Positions 1 through 8,666 of a stretch of DNA of 64,000 nt are shown here, in pieces. The DNA is from an uncultured Collinsella sp. (lineage in GTDB: Bacteria; Actinomycetota; Coriobacteriia; Coriobacteriales; Coriobacteriaceae), in contig CABVDG010000003.1 in NCBI GenBank assembly GCA_902497075.1, forward strand, positions 10,674-74,673. The letters are read 5' to 3'. The position numbers and the translations under genes were made by a program. How positions within the stretch are numbered: position 1 is the first letter of the stretch; each line of letters starts with the position of its first letter. A model generated the notes under the pieces. That model did no database searches and had not been told where the DNA came from. It was given only the letters and a program-made list of their open reading frames with translations.

Positions 1-1246
1 CGGCGACTATGGCCCCTACGCACAGACCGAGCGCCTGGACCTGTACAAGCAGGCCGCCCAGAAGCTCTGGGACGAGGGCAAGGCCTATCCCTGCTTCTGC
101 ACCAAGGAGCAGCTCGACGCCGACCGCAAGGCCGCCCAGGAGCGCAAGGACCCCTTCCAGGGCTATCAGCGCCGCTGCCGCGATCTTGATCCCGAGGAGG
201 CACGCCGCCGCATCGAGGCCGGCGAGCCCTACGTCCTGCGCATCAAGGTGCCCGAGGACCGCGGCGACGTCGTCATCCACGACGCCGTCCACGGTGAGGT
301 GACCTTCGACGCCAAGGAGCTCGACGACTTTGTCATCTTCCGCTCCGATGGCACGCCCACGTACAACTTCGCGACCGTCGTCGACGACGCCATGATGAAG
401 ATCACCCATGTCATCCGCGGCGACGACCACCTGTCCAACACCCCGCGTCAGGTCATGGTCTACGAGGCCCTCGGCGCGCCCGTGCCCACGTTCGCCCACA
501 TCTCCATGATCCTGGGCGCCGACGGCAAAAAGCTCTCCAAGCGCCACGGCGCCACCTCGGTGGAGGAGTACCGCGACGCCGGTTACCTGTCCGATGCCTT
601 CGTCAACTACCTGGCACTGCTCGGCTGGTCGCTCGACGGCGAGACCACGATCATCCCGCGCGATGTCCTGGCCAGCAAGTTCTCGCTCGACCGCATCTCC
701 AAGAACCCGGCGACCTTCGACCCCAAGAAGCTTGACTGGGTCAATGCCGAGTACATCAACGGCATGTCCGATGCCCAGTTTGCCGACGAGATCATGGTCC
801 CCGAGCTGCACGAGGCGGGTCTCATCGAGGGTAATGTCGAGTACGGCGAGGACTGGATTGACGCGCTTGCCGCCATCGTCAAGCCACGCACCAAGATGCC
901 GGCCGACGCCGTGACCGTCGCCGCCCCCATCTTTGCTACGGCCGAGACGCTCGAGTATGACGAGAAGTCCGTCAACAAGGGCCTGGCCAAGGAAGGCATG
1001 GGCGCCATTCTGGATGCCGCCAAGGCCGCGCTCGAGGGCGCGGACGAGTGGACTGCCGCGAACATCGACGCCGCGCTTGAGCCGCTGCCCGAGCAGATGG
1101 ACCTCAAGAAGCGCGTGGTGTTCCAGGCCGTGCGCGTCGCCGTCTGCGGCAACATGGTGAGCCCTCCGCTGGGCGAGACCATGGCGCTCGTCGGTCGTGA
1201 CGACTGCCTGGCGCGCATTGACCGCGCCCGCACGATGGCGCTGTAA
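1..1246 (+). CDS. gltX: glutamate--tRNA ligase, C-terminal ~415 aa (5' end outside window; frame enters at nt 2)
   Basis: The frame is open from nt 2 (GDYGPYAQTERLDLYKQAAQKLW...). Class I aaRS motifs THVIRGDDHLSNTPRQ and KLSKRHG (KMSKS-type loop) are present. A hairpin terminator follows. Confidence 0.9.
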   Translation, partial: GDYGPYAQTERLDLYKQAAQKLWDEGKAYPCFCTKEQLDADRKAAQERKDPFQGYQRRCRDLDPEEARRRIEAGEPYVLRIKVPEDRGDVVIHDAVHGEVTFDAKELDDFVIFRSDGTPTYNFATVVDDAMMKITHVIRGDDHLSNTPRQVMVYEALGAPVPTFAHISMILGADGKKLSKRHGATSVEEYRDAGYLSDAFVNYLALLGWSLDGETTIIPRDVLASKFSLDRISKNPATFDPKKLDWVNAEYINGMSDAQFADEIMVPELHEAGLIEGNVEYGEDWIDALAAIVKPRTKMPADAVTVAAPIFATAETLEYDEKSVNKGLAKEGMGAILDAAKAALEGADEWTAANIDAALEPLPEQMDLKKRVVFQAVRVAVCGNMVSPPLGETMALVGRDDCLARIDRARTMAL

Positions 1247-1269
1247 TCGCCGCGCAAACGTTTGTATCC

Positions 1270-1303
1270 GAGCCCCGCTCCCCACGAGTGGGGCTCTTGT
1301 TTC
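1270..1303 (+). terminator. intrinsic terminator candidate after gltX
   Basis: GAGCCCC (1270-1276) pairs with GGGGCTC (1290-1296) and is followed by TTGTTTC. Confidence 0.55.
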
Positions 1304-1323
1304 TGCCCCGATGAGTGGGTTGC

Positions 1324-1425
1324 TGGGACAAAATAATCAGTAGTGTTTGTCCCATGTTCGAGTGACGCAACAAGCTCGACACTCGTATCGGCCATGGGAC
1401 AAACACTACTGATTATTTTGTCCCA
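1324..1425. repeat. perfect 32-bp inverted repeat with 36-nt spacer (REPIN/MITE-like hairpin element)
   Basis: 1325-1356 GGGACAAAATAATCAGTAGTGTTTGTCCCATG is the exact reverse complement of 1393-1424. Each arm is internally palindromic (GGGACAAA...TTTGTCCC). Confidence 0.9.
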
Positions 1426-1457
1426 CCCCTTTCAGGTCCGTTCGTTAGAGGTGGCGT

Positions 1458-3911
1458 ATGGCTCAACAACTGTCACTTTTTGGTTCGCCCGAACCGGAGC
1501 AAGCTCCCGTGAAGCATGCCCACGCGGCCAAGCAGGCAAAGCCCGAGCCTGCACCCGAGCCCATCGCCGCCTACGCGAGCGTGGTTCTCGACATTCCCAC
1601 CCGCGCGCTGTCCGAACCATTCGCCTACTGCATTCCCCAGTCCCTTGCCAACGAGGCGCAGATCGGATCCACGGTCCTGGTTCACTTTGGTAACCGTGCC
1701 GCCGCAGGCTACATCGTCGACATTGCGCCCGAGCTGGGAGACCTGCAAGGTAACAACGCCCTCGACCCCGCGCACATTAAGCCCATTGAGGCTATTCTCA
1801 GCAAACCGCTCTTTACCGCCGAGGCTGCCCGTATCGCACGTTGGATGAGCCGCGAGTATGTCGCGACGCTTTCCGAGTGCCTGCGCCTGTTCTTGCCCCC
1901 GGGCGGCAGCCCGCGTGTGGTCAAGGGCGACGACGGCGAGTGGATGGTTGAGCGCCCCGCCGTCAAGCCTATCCAAAACCGCTGGGTCATGCTCACGCCC
2001 GAGGGCTTCGACTATACGCCGCCCAAGACCGCGGTCCGTCAGCGTCAGCTCATCGAGGCGCTGCAGTGCGGCCCGGTCACGACTCGCGACCTCAATCTTC
2101 TCTATAACAGCATGTCGGCGACCATCAAAGCGCTCGAAAAGCGCGGCGTCGTGGTGGTGGAGGAGCGCCGCGCCTGGCGTGGCTGCAGCGAGCAGACCAC
2201 GCTGTCCTCGGCAAGCGGCAAGGCGCCGGTCTCCCTTACCAACGGCCAGCAACGGGCACTCGCGCAGATTGAGCGCGCACGCCTTGACGCCCATGGCGAC
2301 GTGGTGCTGGTTGACGGCGTCACCGGCTCCGGCAAAACCGAGGTTTACCTCTCCGCCATCGAGCGCGTGCTCGCAGCCGGTCGCTCTGCCTGCGTGCTGG
2401 TGCCCGAGATCTCGCTGACGGCCCAGACCGTCGGCCGCTTCCGCTCGCGCTTTGGCGAGACGGTGGCCGTTTTCCATTCGCGTCTTTCTGCTGGCGAGCG
2501 TCTCGACCAGTGGGATATGGTCGCCAGCGGTGCGGCCCGCGTGGTGGTCGGCGCCCGCTCGGCGCTCTTTTGCCCGCTCAGCGACCTGGGCCTCATCATC
2601 ATCGACGAGGAGCACGAGACTAGTTACAAGCAGGGCTCCAGTCCGCGCTACCACGCTCGCGAGGTGGCGGCCGAGATGGCGCGCCGCTACCGCTGCCCAC
2701 TCGTGCTGGGCTCGGCCACGCCTTCTGCCGAAGCGCTCGACCGCTGCCGTCGCGGAACGTACGGCGGTGCCACGTGGACGCGCGTCGAGATGCCCGAACG
2801 CCCGGGGCACGCGGTCCTGCCCACGGTTCGCATTGCCGACCTGCGCCGCGAGTTTTCGCACGGCAGCCGCTCAATGTTCTCTAAACCGCTGATGGAAGGC
2901 CTGGAGCGTGTGGTCGAGCGCCGCGAAAAGGCCGTGCTGCTGCACAACCGCCGCGGTTTTGCGCCGTTTTTGATGTGCCGCGAGTGCGGCTGCGTTCCCA
3001 CCTGCAACCACTGCTCTACAGCGCTTACGTATCACGAGCGCACGCACACGCTGCAATGTCACACATGCGGATCCTCCTGGCGCGTGCAGCCGTATCCCGC
3101 GCCCACGAGTCGTTGTCCCAAATGTGGCAGTCGCTACCTGGCAAAAATGGGGCTGGGCACGCAGCAGATCGAGGACGCACTGCACCAGATGCTGCCCGAG
3201 GACGTCGCCATCATCCGCATGGATGCCGATTCCACGCGCGGCAAGGACGCGCACAAAAAGCTGCTCGAGCAGTTCGATGCGGCCGATTGCGCCGTGTTGC
3301 TGGGCACCCAGATGATCGCCAAAGGCCTCGACTTTCCCGAGGTCACGCTCGTGGGTGTGGTCAATGCTGACTTCGCCCTCAAGCTGCCGGATTTCCGCGC
3401 AGGGGAGCGCGCCTACGATTTGCTTGAGCAGGTCGCCGGTCGCGCCGGTCGCGGCGATCGCCCTGGCGAGGTCATCATCCAGACGTATCTGCCCGAGGAT
3501 CCGGTCATCCGCTCCGTCGCCGAGCACGATCGCTCGATCTTTACCGACTACGACCTGGACCAGCGCCGCGACGCACTGTATCCGCCGTTCGTGCGCCTGG
3601 TTAACATTTTGGTGTGGTCGGCAAGCCGCGACGATGCGCAGGATTATATCGGGCGCATCGCAAAGCTTCTTAAGCACCGCTGGCATGCCGCCGCGCCCGA
3701 TTTTTTGCGGGCGGGGAGTGCCGTGCCGCAGGTGCTAGGCCCGGCTTCGTGTGTAATCGAGAGAGCCAAGGACCGTTACCGCTTCCATCTGCTTGTGAAG
3801 TCGCCCGTGGGGTACCATGTCTCTGATGATATCGACGCCTGCCTCAAAGAGGTGGGCTCTGTGCGCGGCGTGAGCGTGAGCGTTGACGTCGACGCCTATG
3901 ATTTGATGTAA
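1458..3911 (+). CDS. priA: primosomal protein N' (replication restart helicase PriA)
   Basis: Walker A GVTGSGKTEVY, DEEH box IIIDEEHE, and a Cys-rich zinc-binding insert (CRECGCVPTCNHCSTALTYH...CHTCGS...RCPKCGS). Confidence 0.9.
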   Translation: MAQQLSLFGSPEPEQAPVKHAHAAKQAKPEPAPEPIAAYASVVLDIPTRALSEPFAYCIPQSLANEAQIGSTVLVHFGNRAAAGYIVDIAPELGDLQGNNALDPAHIKPIEAILSKPLFTAEAARIARWMSREYVATLSECLRLFLPPGGSPRVVKGDDGEWMVERPAVKPIQNRWVMLTPEGFDYTPPKTAVRQRQLIEALQCGPVTTRDLNLLYNSMSATIKALEKRGVVVVEERRAWRGCSEQTTLSSASGKAPVSLTNGQQRALAQIERARLDAHGDVVLVDGVTGSGKTEVYLSAIERVLAAGRSACVLVPEISLTAQTVGRFRSRFGETVAVFHSRLSAGERLDQWDMVASGAARVVVGARSALFCPLSDLGLIIIDEEHETSYKQGSSPRYHAREVAAEMARRYRCPLVLGSATPSAEALDRCRRGTYGGATWTRVEMPERPGHAVLPTVRIADLRREFSHGSRSMFSKPLMEGLERVVERREKAVLLHNRRGFAPFLMCRECGCVPTCNHCSTALTYHERTHTLQCHTCGSSWRVQPYPAPTSRCPKCGSRYLAKMGLGTQQIEDALHQMLPEDVAIIRMDADSTRGKDAHKKLLEQFDAADCAVLLGTQMIAKGLDFPEVTLVGVVNADFALKLPDFRAGERAYDLLEQVAGRAGRGDRPGEVIIQTYLPEDPVIRSVAEHDRSIFTDYDLDQRRDALYPPFVRLVNILVWSASRDDAQDYIGRIAKLLKHRWHAAAPDFLRAGSAVPQVLGPASCVIERAKDRYRFHLLVKSPVGYHVSDDIDACLKEVGSVRGVSVSVDVDAYDLM

Positions 3912-3923
3912 CAACCCGAAAGG

Positions 3924-4466
3924 ATGGCCATGGAAGCCAACGGAATCGTACTGTCGCCCGACCCTCGTCTGCGCCAGGAGTGCGCCGTCATCGAGGAGAT
4001 CACCCCGGCGATCGAGGCGCTTGCCGAGAAGATGAAGAAGATGATGTTCGAGAACGGCGGCTGCGGCCTGGCCGCCCCGCAGATCGGCGAGCTTATTCAG
4101 CTCGTCACCATCGACTGCGACTACAGCGATAAGAACGACTACGACCCGTACGTGCTCATCAACCCCGTGATTGTGGAGCAGAGCGACCATATGGTGCCGT
4201 TTAGCGAGGGCTGCCTGTCCATCCCTGGCATTAGCTGCGAGATCGAGCGTCCCGACCATGTCGTCGTCGAGGCGTACGACCTGGATGCCAACCTGATTCG
4301 CTATGAGGCCACGGGCGACCTGTTCTGCGTGTGCCTGCAGCACGAGATCGATCACCTGCACGGCAACACCATGTTCGAGCGACTCAAGCCCATGCAGAGG
4401 CTCAAGGCCGTCAAGGAGTACCAGGACGCCCTGGCCCGCGGCGCTCGACCGGGCGAGACGGAGTAG
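3924..4466 (+). CDS. def: peptide deformylase (the second ATG at 3930 is better spaced from the GAAAGGA SD)
   Basis: Motifs EGCLSIPG and HEIDHL. Lies immediately upstream of fmt, as is usual. Confidence 0.9.
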   Translation: MAMEANGIVLSPDPRLRQECAVIEEITPAIEALAEKMKKMMFENGGCGLAAPQIGELIQLVTIDCDYSDKNDYDPYVLINPVIVEQSDHMVPFSEGCLSIPGISCEIERPDHVVVEAYDLDANLIRYEATGDLFCVCLQHEIDHLHGNTMFERLKPMQRLKAVKEYQDALARGARPGETE

Positions 4467-4474
4467 GTCCCACC

Positions 4475-4576
4475 GTCCCCGGTGCTGAGCGCCCACATAT
4501 CATCCCGTGCTCAAACATTCTCGCTTTGCTGCGAAACTGCGCGCGGGACGATATGTGGGCGCTCAGCACCGGGGAC
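4475..4576. repeat. 33-bp inverted repeat (32/33 matches) with 36-nt spacer
   Basis: 4475-4507 GTCCCCGGTGCTGAGCGCCCACATATCATCCCG matches the reverse complement of 4544-4576. Geometry is the same as the 1324-1425 element. Confidence 0.9.
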
Positions 4577-4794
4577 TGCGTTGTTCTGGCTCGGTTCGCC
4601 CGGGTGCCGTTGGGCCAGGGAGGGGCGTCTTCGCTGATAGTCTTTGTTGAGAGGGAGCTGCTTTTATTGCGGCTCTTTCTTTGGTTTTGGGTATATTTGT
4701 TTTTGTTGGACTGTTCTGGCGGCTGGGTGCGCTTGCGACCTGGAACGCTTTTTTGTAGCCGTCTCGGCTCGTTATTGAGAGGAGACTAATTTTT

Positions 4795-5715
4795 ATGCGT
4801 ATTGTGTTTATGGGTACGCCTGATTTTGCTGTGCCTTCTTTGACTTCGCTTGTTGAGGCTGGGAATGAGATTGCGCTTGTTGTTACTCGTCCTGATGCTG
4901 TTCGCGGGCGTGGTAAGAAGCTTGAGCCGTCTCCTGTTAAGGCTAAGGCGCTCGAGCTTGGTTTGCCTGTTGTTGAGGCTAATCGTATGACGCCTGAGGT
5001 TGTTGAGGTGCTCAAGGCTGCGCAGGCTGATATTTTCTGTGTGGCAGCCTATGGTTGCATTTTGCCCGATGAGGTGCTGCATATGGCGCCGCTTGGTATT
5101 GTGAATGTTCATGCTTCGCTGCTGCCTCGTTGGCGTGGGGCTGCTCCTATTCAGCGTGCCATTCTTGCTGGTGATGAGATTGCTGGCGTTTCTATTATGC
5201 GCATTGGGCATGGCGTGGATACCGGCGCCTATTGTGCGCAGGCCTCGACCTCGGTTGCCGGTAAGCATGCCGAGGCGCTGACTATGGAGCTCGCTGAGCT
5301 CGGCGGCAAACTGCTTGCCGATACGCTTCCTTCTCTTGCCGATGGCACCGCCGTGTGGACTGAACAGGATGAGGCGCTCGTTACCCATGCTGCCAAGATT
5401 TCTAAGCAGGAGATGCGCCTGGATCCGCACATGGCAGCGCTTGATTGCGTGCGCCATGTGCTGGCTTCGTCCGATACTGCGCCTGCTCGTTGCGTGATTG
5501 CCGGCAAGACCGTGCGTGTGCTCGATGCTGCGGCGGCTGATGTGTCGCTCGGCGAGGGTCAGGTTCTCGTTAAGGCCAAGCGTGTCTACCTTGGCCTGTC
5601 CGATGGCGCGGTTGAACTGCTCGAGGTTAAGCCCGATGGCAAGCGTGCTATGGCTGCTTCTGCCTGGGCTGCCGGCCTGCAGGGTGCCGATCTTTCGTGG
5701 GGTGTTTTGTCGTGA
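4795..5715 (+). CDS. fmt: methionyl-tRNA formyltransferase
   Basis: N-terminus MRIVFMGTPDFAVPSL and motif HASLLPRWRGAAPIQRAI. SD GAGAGGAG lies upstream. Confidence 0.9.
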   Translation: MRIVFMGTPDFAVPSLTSLVEAGNEIALVVTRPDAVRGRGKKLEPSPVKAKALELGLPVVEANRMTPEVVEVLKAAQADIFCVAAYGCILPDEVLHMAPLGIVNVHASLLPRWRGAAPIQRAILAGDEIAGVSIMRIGHGVDTGAYCAQASTSVAGKHAEALTMELAELGGKLLADTLPSLADGTAVWTEQDEALVTHAAKISKQEMRLDPHMAALDCVRHVLASSDTAPARCVIAGKTVRVLDAAAADVSLGEGQVLVKAKRVYLGLSDGAVELLEVKPDGKRAMAASAWAAGLQGADLSWGVLS

Positions 5716-7112
5716 GTAAACTGTCTCCCGCGCGTAAGCTCGCGCTTGATGTTTTGATGGAAGCCGATCGCCGCGGCATGTACGCGCGCGACGTGCTCTC
5801 GTCCCGTGCTTCGGCCAAGGCCATTGACCAGCGCGATTCTGCTTTTGCAGCTCGTTTGGCACTTGGCGTTGCGGCCACCCAGGGTATTTTGGATGAGCTG
5901 CTCGATCAGTTTCTCGATAAGCCCAAAAAGGTTGCGCCGCGTGTTCGCATGGCGCTTCGTATCTCGGCCTTCGAGATGCTCTATCTGCATACGCCGGGCC
6001 GCGTTGCCGTAAGTCAGGGAGTTGAGCTCGTTCGCTGCGGTGCTAAGTCCGCCGCTGGCTTAGCCAATGCTGTATTGCATAAGGTTGCGGACAATGTTGA
6101 GGACTTTGCTACTGCGTCCGATGTGGATGAGCCTGAGCGACGCTTGGTTCGTCTGTCGCGCCTGATGGGTCTTCCGCGCTGGCTGTGCGCTCGCATTATG
6201 GCGTCGTTTGACACGCCAGAGGGTGCGCTTAACTTTGCCGGCAATCTGGCCCCCGCGCCGCTGGCCCTGCATGAGAACGCTTTTGCTTCCAAGCCCGATC
6301 CGTATATCTCGCAGCTCGTCGCACCTGTCTTCCCGGGCTGCCATGCCCCGGTTGATGCCCAGGTTACCGTTGCTTCGGGTGCGTTTGAGCGTGCTGCCGC
6401 GGTGGCATCTGATCTCAACGCGCAACTTATCGCCACAGCTGCCACGCGCCCTGGTAGCTGCCTTGAGATTGGTGCCGGTCGTGGCACCAAGACCTATGTG
6501 ATGATGTGCCAGGCCAAGCGTACGGGCTATGAGCGTCAGCATACGGCGCTCGATCTGCATGATCGCAAGTGCGATCTGAATCTCTCTCGCCTGCATAAGG
6601 CCGGTATTCAGGGCGTTCGTACGGTTTCTGGTGATGCTTGCGAGCTTGATGAGGTGCTCACATCGTTTGATGCCATGCTTGGCGAGCCGGTTAAGTTCGA
6701 CACAGTCTTTATCGATGCGCCGTGCTCTGGCACCGGAACCATGCGTCGTCATCCCGAGATCCCGTGGCGCCTGACCGAAAAGGATGTGACGGTTGAGCTG
6801 CCCAAGCTGCAGCTGACGATGCTCAAGGAAGCCGCTGCGCGCGTGGCTGCCGGCGGCGAGCTCATCTATGCCACCTGCTCGGTCTTTGAAGAGGAGAACG
6901 CGCAGGTCGTGGATGCCTTCCTGGCTTCTCCCGAGGGTGCCGGCTTTACCGTGGCGCCGCTCTCTGAAGCGCAGATTCTGCAACTCCCCGAGTTCGATCA
7001 GGCCAAGAAGCTCGTATCCGTACGCCAGAACGATCGAGGCCTCTTCCAAAGCGTGCCGGTAAACGCCGATTCCTACGACGGCCACTTCTGCGCCAGGCTG
7101 GTCCACAAGTAA
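5712..7112 (+). CDS. rsmB: 16S rRNA (cytosine967-C5)-methyltransferase RsmB/Sun (GTG start overlapping the fmt stop; the ORF track starts at 5697)
   Basis: NusB-like N-terminal domain, SAM MTase motifs DAPCSGTGTMRRHPE and ATCS. Conserved def-fmt-rsmB order. Confidence 0.85.
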   Translation: MSKLSPARKLALDVLMEADRRGMYARDVLSSRASAKAIDQRDSAFAARLALGVAATQGILDELLDQFLDKPKKVAPRVRMALRISAFEMLYLHTPGRVAVSQGVELVRCGAKSAAGLANAVLHKVADNVEDFATASDVDEPERRLVRLSRLMGLPRWLCARIMASFDTPEGALNFAGNLAPAPLALHENAFASKPDPYISQLVAPVFPGCHAPVDAQVTVASGAFERAAAVASDLNAQLIATAATRPGSCLEIGAGRGTKTYVMMCQAKRTGYERQHTALDLHDRKCDLNLSRLHKAGIQGVRTVSGDACELDEVLTSFDAMLGEPVKFDTVFIDAPCSGTGTMRRHPEIPWRLTEKDVTVELPKLQLTMLKEAAARVAAGGELIYATCSVFEEENAQVVDAFLASPEGAGFTVAPLSEAQILQLPEFDQAKKLVSVRQNDRGLFQSVPVNADSYDGHFCARLVHK

Positions 7113-7119
7113 TTACTAC

Positions 7120-7195
7120 GTTGCGGTGAAATAGGGATTGAATAGCGGCATCTACCCGCCAAAAAGTCCTTATTTCACCGCAACTCAGGATTTTT
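7120..7195 (+). terminator. long-loop hairpin plus T5 run after rsmB
   Basis: GTTGCGGTGAAATAGGGA (7120-7137) pairs with TCCTTATTTCACCGCAAC (7168-7184) in 17 of 18 positions. A TTTTT run follows at 7190-7195. Confidence 0.45.
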
Positions 7196-7296
7196 CTGGG
7201 ACGGGGATTAATAAATCGGGTATGAAAGCAAGCAGTTGGGTTCGGTAGGTTTCTAGTTGCATGAACCGCTCGCGGATTTAATATTTAGAGGTTAAA

Positions 7297-8253
7297 ATGA
7301 CCGATCTTAACTATGACAAGATTGACAATCCTGAAGATAAAACTCAGGGAAATGAAGAAGTTAAAAATTCTTCGATTAAAAAGCGGGTAATTATTGGTGC
7401 CGGTATTGTTGCTCTGCTTATTGCTGGTTGTGTCGTTGTTTATGCTGGTTACAATTACAAACAAGCATGTAGTGAACATAATCAACAGGTTGAAGTTTTG
7501 TATTCAAAGGCTAGCGATAGTTTTGTTTCCTTTAAAGCTGATCCTAGGCTACTAACATTTGAGCAACGTCTTGATACCATTAGAAATGCTCAAAACAATA
7601 AAGAGATGTTGAATAAAGAGATCTCTGATGACAAATTTAAGTATGCTGATGGTACTTCCCCTGATTGGACGAAGTTGCTTAATAAATACGATTCCATCAT
7701 TAAAGACTGCCGTAATGCTCAAAACAATGAGTGGAATACTTCTCTAGCTGACCATGTTAATTTTGATGTAAATACTACTGAAGATACCGACTCTCTCCAA
7801 CAGCATATAAATAGCCTTAATGGCCTTCTTAATGATATTTCAAATAAAGACAACCAGAAGCTTATTTTTGAAGATGCCAAAAAGGATTCTAAGAAGTTCA
7901 TTGATCAAATCAATGAACAGATCAGTCGTTATCAAACTCGTATTGATGATGTAAATAAGGCCAAGGCTGAAGATGAGGCTAAGGCTCAAGAAGAAGCAGC
8001 TAAGGCTCAGCAGCAGGCTTCTCAGCAAAACAATTATTCCAGTAATTCTGGTAGTAATTATTCTGGCGGTAGCGGCTATTCTGATGGCTCCTCTAATAGT
8101 GGTTATTCTGGCGGCTCCTCTAACGGCGGCGGCAAAATAGTCATTAAAACCATGGACGTTTATGACGAAAATGGTAACTATGTTGGATCGACTCATTGGT
8201 ATAGCGATGGTACCTGTGACGATCCCTATTCTGCCGGTATGGGCGGATTTTAA
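7297..8253 (+). CDS. AT-rich single-pass membrane protein with coiled-coil and Ser/Gly/Tyr-rich low-complexity C-terminal region, unknown function
   Basis: SD AGAGG upstream, one TM helix (VIIGAGIVALLIAGCVVVYAG), KAKAEDEAKAQEEAAKAQQQ coiled coil, and SNSGSNYSGGSGYSDGSSNSGYSGGSSNGGG. Composition is strikingly AT-rich relative to the flanks. Confidence 0.7.
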   Translation: MTDLNYDKIDNPEDKTQGNEEVKNSSIKKRVIIGAGIVALLIAGCVVVYAGYNYKQACSEHNQQVEVLYSKASDSFVSFKADPRLLTFEQRLDTIRNAQNNKEMLNKEISDDKFKYADGTSPDWTKLLNKYDSIIKDCRNAQNNEWNTSLADHVNFDVNTTEDTDSLQQHINSLNGLLNDISNKDNQKLIFEDAKKDSKKFIDQINEQISRYQTRIDDVNKAKAEDEAKAQEEAAKAQQQASQQNNYSSNSGSNYSGGSGYSDGSSNSGYSGGSSNGGGKIVIKTMDVYDENGNYVGSTHWYSDGTCDDPYSAGMGGF

Positions 8254-8301
8254 ATTATGCTAATTATTAAAAATTAATTAGCTACCTATAGCGCTAAGAA
8301 A

Positions 8302-8333
8302 CAGCCCCGCGATCGGTGCCGGTCGCGGGGCTG
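8302..8333. terminator. bidirectional hairpin between the convergent AT-rich gene and the zinc-ribbon gene
   Basis: CAGCCCCGCGA (8302-8312) pairs with TCGCGGGGCTG (8323-8333). Confidence 0.6.
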
Positions 8334-8341
8334 ATTGGTTT

Positions 8342-8578
8342 CTAGTGGCTGTGCGGGCAGTTGGCGCAGCAACCGCTCGTGGCGCTTGTGCTGGAGCCGC
8401 CGCTTCGCTGGTCGGTGTTGTAGAAGCCGCTGCCCTCAAACTTGATGCCGCTAGCCGAGAACGTCTTGGCCGCCGGGGCACCGCAGCTCGGGCACACGAC
8501 CTCTGGAGTCTCGGACATGGGATGCTCAACCTCAAACACGTTGCCGCAGCTCGAGCACTTGTAATCGTAGCGCGCCAT
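8342..8578 (-). CDS. FmdB-family zinc-ribbon protein
   Basis: MARYDYKCSSCGNVFEVEH...VVCPSCG carries two CxxC pairs and a Ser/Gly-rich tail, typical of the CxxC_CxxC_SSSS family. Confidence 0.8.
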   Translation of the reverse strand: MARYDYKCSSCGNVFEVEHPMSETPEVVCPSCGAPAAKTFSASGIKFEGSGFYNTDQRSGGSSTSATSGCCANCPHSH

Positions 8579-8666
8579 AATACTTCCTTTTCAGCACAAA
8601 GCGGGCAGATTACTCTGCCCGCAAAAATTCAAACGTCTGTAACTGTACCCTATATCGGGCGTTTTA

